DNA of 52,027 bases, filler included, from Bipalium vagum (lineage: Eukaryota), in the NCBI GenBank assembly GCA_037834085.1. It is 3 parts of 3 records of this genome, joined end to end, with 100 filler letters (N's around TTAATTAATTAA, not from the genome) between each part and the next. Parts side by side here need not be neighbours in the genome. Positions count along the whole stretch, not along the records: positions 34,618 to 52,027 come from JBBMKC010066621.1; 2 more parts are not named here. One strand, given 5' to 3'. The notes below the pieces were generated by a model that was not told the DNA's origin, ran no database searches, and worked only from the letters and a program-made list of their open reading frames with translations. The translations under genes and the position numbers were made by a program. Below are positions 49,301-52,027 of this stretch, piece after piece (the stretch's first letter is position 1; each line of letters opens with the position of its first letter).

Positions 49301-50395
49301 GGTAGTGGAGATATTTTTGAAGGAAAAGCCTCAAGATCTTGCATTTAACTAGGAAAAGTGCATAGAATTGGAAGTACATTACTATGAGAAATAGTGTCTA
49401 TATTGGTTGTATTTTTTATTACTTTCTATACGAGTGATAATATTTAATATTAAAATTGCACTAAGTAATATCTAAATAAAGTTCACATAATTTGAAAATA
49501 AATTAAAATCTTTAATTTCCGATTGCTATAGCCTGTCCTCAAGGAAAATGGGGCACAAATTGTACAAATAATTGCAACTGTATCCATAGTATAAGTTGTG
49601 ATCAAATCTCAGGATCGTGTAATTGTCTTCCAGGATATTATGGAAATCATTGTTCAATGGGTATTAGAGTGTTTTTGAATAAATAAATTTTAATTACATT
49701 CTCAGAATGTCCTAAGGGTCTTTATGGAAAACAATGTACCAAAGAATGTCAATGCCTACATGGGGATTGTGATCCCATTCATGGTACTTGTTTATGCGAG
49801 CCTGGTTGGTATGGGATGTCATGTGAAAATGCATGTGATGAAGGATATTATGGATATCAGTGTAGAGAAAAGTGTCAATGTCAGAATGGAGGCATTTGTG
49901 ATTTAAAAATTGGTAAATGCTTATGTGAACCTGGTAATTTAATAATATTATTTTACAGTCTTAAATGTCAATAAATAGGATGGAATGGAAAGTATTGTGA
50001 AATAAGTTGTCCCGATGGATTTTATGGTCAGGCTTGTCAGCAAATATGTCAATGTCAAAATGAGGGTGTATGTAATAAGGTAACAGGTTCATGTGATTGT
50101 CCATCTGGTTGGAAAGGTCAGTTTTGTGAAGAAACATGCTCTAATCATACTTATGGACCAAACTGTAATCAAGTATGTCAATGTTTACATGGAGGAATAT
50201 GCAACCAATTAGATGGAAGTTGTGAATGTCCCCCAGGCCGTTATGGAGACTTATGTGAACTGAAATGTCCACCTGATAAATTTGGATTCAATTGTTTACA
50301 ACGTTGTTCGTGTCTGCCAACCGAAAAATGTGACTTAAAGACAGGGAGCTGCACATGCCCTTCACTTGCTCAGGGAATACCATGCGAGATTAAGA
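37369..50395 (+). CDS. MEGF6: MEGF6-like multiple EGF-like domain protein (partial; 13 exons, about 748 codons in this window)
   Basis: Phase-consistent GT-AG exons: 37369-37491, 37537-37677, 37723-37851, 37898-38020 (four classical EGF units, three with a calcium-binding (D/E)x(D/N)EC start), 38470-38502, 41433-41584, 43824-44159, 44203-44389, 45190-45315, 47668-47787, 49532-49660, 49706-49933, 49979-50395 (tandem CPxGxYGxxCxxxCxC laminin-type units). The junction unit [23 protein letters not shown]...[13 protein letters not shown] matches the MEGF6 transition as I recall it (C...SFG.DC...CDDC.NGG.C....GC.CP.GW.G..C). The first exon(s) and stop codon were not found. Confidence 0.85.
38625..39205 (-). 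mobile_element. Decayed intronic mariner (irritans-like) with TIR remnants
   Basis: RVIRFLLLK...[38 protein letters not shown]...[17 protein letters not shown]; terminus TTATTCACACCACGTA at about 39191-39206. Confidence 0.65.
39676..39790 (+). pseudogene. Decayed EGF-repeat pseudo-exon in a MEGF6 intron
   Basis: After catAG (39675), across frameshifts: GCRYRQYFE / ACTKCIS*NGSSE / DTCH / [12 protein letters not shown], a damaged CxxGxYGExCxxCxCQNGxC..C.C..G..G..C unit. Confidence 0.45.
41153..41222 (+). CDS. Candidate alternative first coding exon (signal peptide) of the MEGF6-like gene
   Basis: [23 protein letters not shown] plus one A, then a GTAATA donor at 41223 (phase 1), in frame with the phase-1 acceptor at 41432. 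Confidence 0.55.
42611..43368 (+). mobile_element. Internally deleted intronic Tigger/pogo element
   Basis: TIRs TA-CAGTTAAACCTTGTTATAAG and CCTTATAACGAGAGTTGATTA-TA. CENP-B-type [23 protein letters not shown]...[14 protein letters not shown]. Confidence 0.8.
46640..47080 (+). mobile_element. Decayed intronic mariner catalytic fragment
   Basis: QQKVLMFV and [18 protein letters not shown] (WEVLPHPPYSPDLAPSD-like). Confidence 0.55.
47830..48900 (-). mobile_element. Intronic hAT-family element (CGGBP1-related transposase type), internally deleted
   Basis: [23 protein letters not shown] (CxxH), PPQPVLTRW and [10 protein letters not shown] (hAT dimerisation motif) in ORFs 48501-48893 and 48016-48348; TAGGGC terminus at 47830; repeated TTTTAAC(C/T)TT subterminal motifs. 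Confidence 0.85.
48950..49395 (+). mobile_element. Decayed intronic mariner catalytic fragment
   Basis: [20 protein letters not shown] and [14 protein letters not shown]. Confidence 0.7.
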
Positions 50396-51957
50396 GTAAA
50401 TTATTATTTTTAAAAGAATTTTAATGAATAAATTCGTTTTCAAAAAAGGTAGACTTTTAGATTTCAGGTTAAAATCAACCAAGTCATACATCAAATTATG
50501 AATATATGAATAACAAAATGTAATATTAATTCACCTAAACTTAGGTAACCGTAATAGTAATAAATATTGATATTTACATAACATATTATTATATTTATTG
50601 CTTGAAAGAGTTAATTAGTAATATCAGTAAATAATTTTGAAATCTAAGATAAATTAAAATATGGACCAAGATGTCTCTTTAAGGTATCTTTTACTATTGG
50701 GTCAATGGATAAATATTTTCGAATTATTGTAATATACTTAAATCAACGCAGAGAAAAGATTTTTGAATGTCAATCGATGATATAATTTCCATCGGGCTGG
50801 ATAACTTGTGATCATTTTTGTTACCGATCTTAAGCTGGATCAGCATACAGTGCCGAATATGTACTTTTGTGAAATCTAGAAATATTTAAGTTATTAGAAT
50901 ACATGTAATAAATATTTAAAAATCAATACCTTTGTAAATTCATAAATAAATTCAAATAATTGCAAATTAGTTATATATTAATTAAACAAACTGACAAATA
51001 TGATATCGAATACACAAATATTTTTTCTTTAACTTGATAGTATGGTGTGTTATTAAAAAGTTTTTAAAGAGTAAAATATCTTAGGCATCGAGTGATGGGT
51101 CTTTCAGTGTCAATATGTTTCAAGTCAACATTATTAATTTTTTTTAACGAGTAAGATTTTTTCAAAAAAATTAAATTAACACACTAACGGATTTTCAATT
51201 CCTCTTTTTAATTTATTGACTTAATTTAATTAAATATTTAAATATAAATTAACTTTTAGAAGTAAGTTAAAGTACTTAATTTATTTTTATTATTTCCTTA
51301 ATTATTGAAATTGAAATTTTTTATGATTTTAATATAAAATCCAAAGTAGCTATAAGCACTTGTCATAATATTTATTATTATAATTATAATTGTTATAATA
51401 ATAAAAATTATTAATATCATTATTATTCTTATGGGTACTTAATAACTTTATTTGGTTAAAATTATTTTTAATTTATATTAAAAACTGCCTGGATTATGAT
51501 TTAATGAAAAAGCATTAGTTAAAAACCAGAGCATTTTTTTCTATTTATAATATCCGTATTAATGTTTGATAGTTTGTTTCTCGGAATTTATTTTAAAAAC
51601 TTAATTTCAAAATATATTTTTTATTTAAGTAATTTTGTATTAATGTTTCATTTAAATGTAAAAATTAATATAAAAATAAAAATAAAATAATTTTGATGTC
51701 ATAAAAACAATATATGTAATTTGTCAACTTTCAAATTAATTTTTTAAGTATTAAAAATATTAAAAAATAAAATATTTAAGAAATTTATGTTTATTAGAAC
51801 AATATTTTTATATCTTTCAAATATTATTTTAAAGTTCTTCAGTAACAAAATAAATTTTTTTTTCATACGTACCTCAAAATAAATGCTTAAATGTTTTTAA
51901 ATTTCCATCAACATATAGCATTAAATTAATAAATAAAATAATAATTACTCAGATAAC

Positions 51958-51958
<1 letters not shown>

Positions 51959-52027
<69 letters not shown>
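51959..52027. repeat. (AAT)n microsatellite running to the window end
   Basis: Direct reading. Confidence 0.95.

Noticed and set aside
50396-50510. Possible terminal mini-exons after 50460 or 50467
   Set aside because: Several AGs give different trivial endings and I cannot choose among them; the gene may continue beyond the window.
1-52027. CRISPR arrays, tRNA/rRNA genes and prokaryotic operons
   Set aside because: None recognised; the DNA is intron-containing animal sequence and the repeats lack repeat-spacer structure. Small ncRNAs cannot be excluded without a covariance-model search.

Overview
Very AT-rich animal (invertebrate) nuclear DNA from a draft scaffold with four N-gaps. I can support three host protein-coding genes. 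(1) A two-exon Hmx/NK5 homeobox gene (+, 9616-10831, 388 aa) with an eh1 motif and a compact CCAAT/CCAAT/TATA promoter. (2) An intact 150-codon exon on the minus strand (26907-27361) encoding a protein I cannot assign to a family. (3) A partial MEGF6-like multi-EGF gene (+, 37369-50395; 13 phase-consistent exons, about 748 codons; 5' and 3' ends not resolved), with many 43-46 nt introns and a 33-nt microexon. The rest is mostly decayed transposons (many mariner/Tc1, pogo/Tigger, hAT, piggyBac, Gypsy and possible LINE remnants) and AAT microsatellites. The best leads are a hidden signal-peptide exon inside a MEGF6 intron (41153-41222), which would start a short secreted isoform, a decayed EGF pseudo-exon nearby, and the uncharacterised 150-aa gene. 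All family assignments come from manual translation and remembered motifs; no searches were run, and transposon boundaries are approximate.
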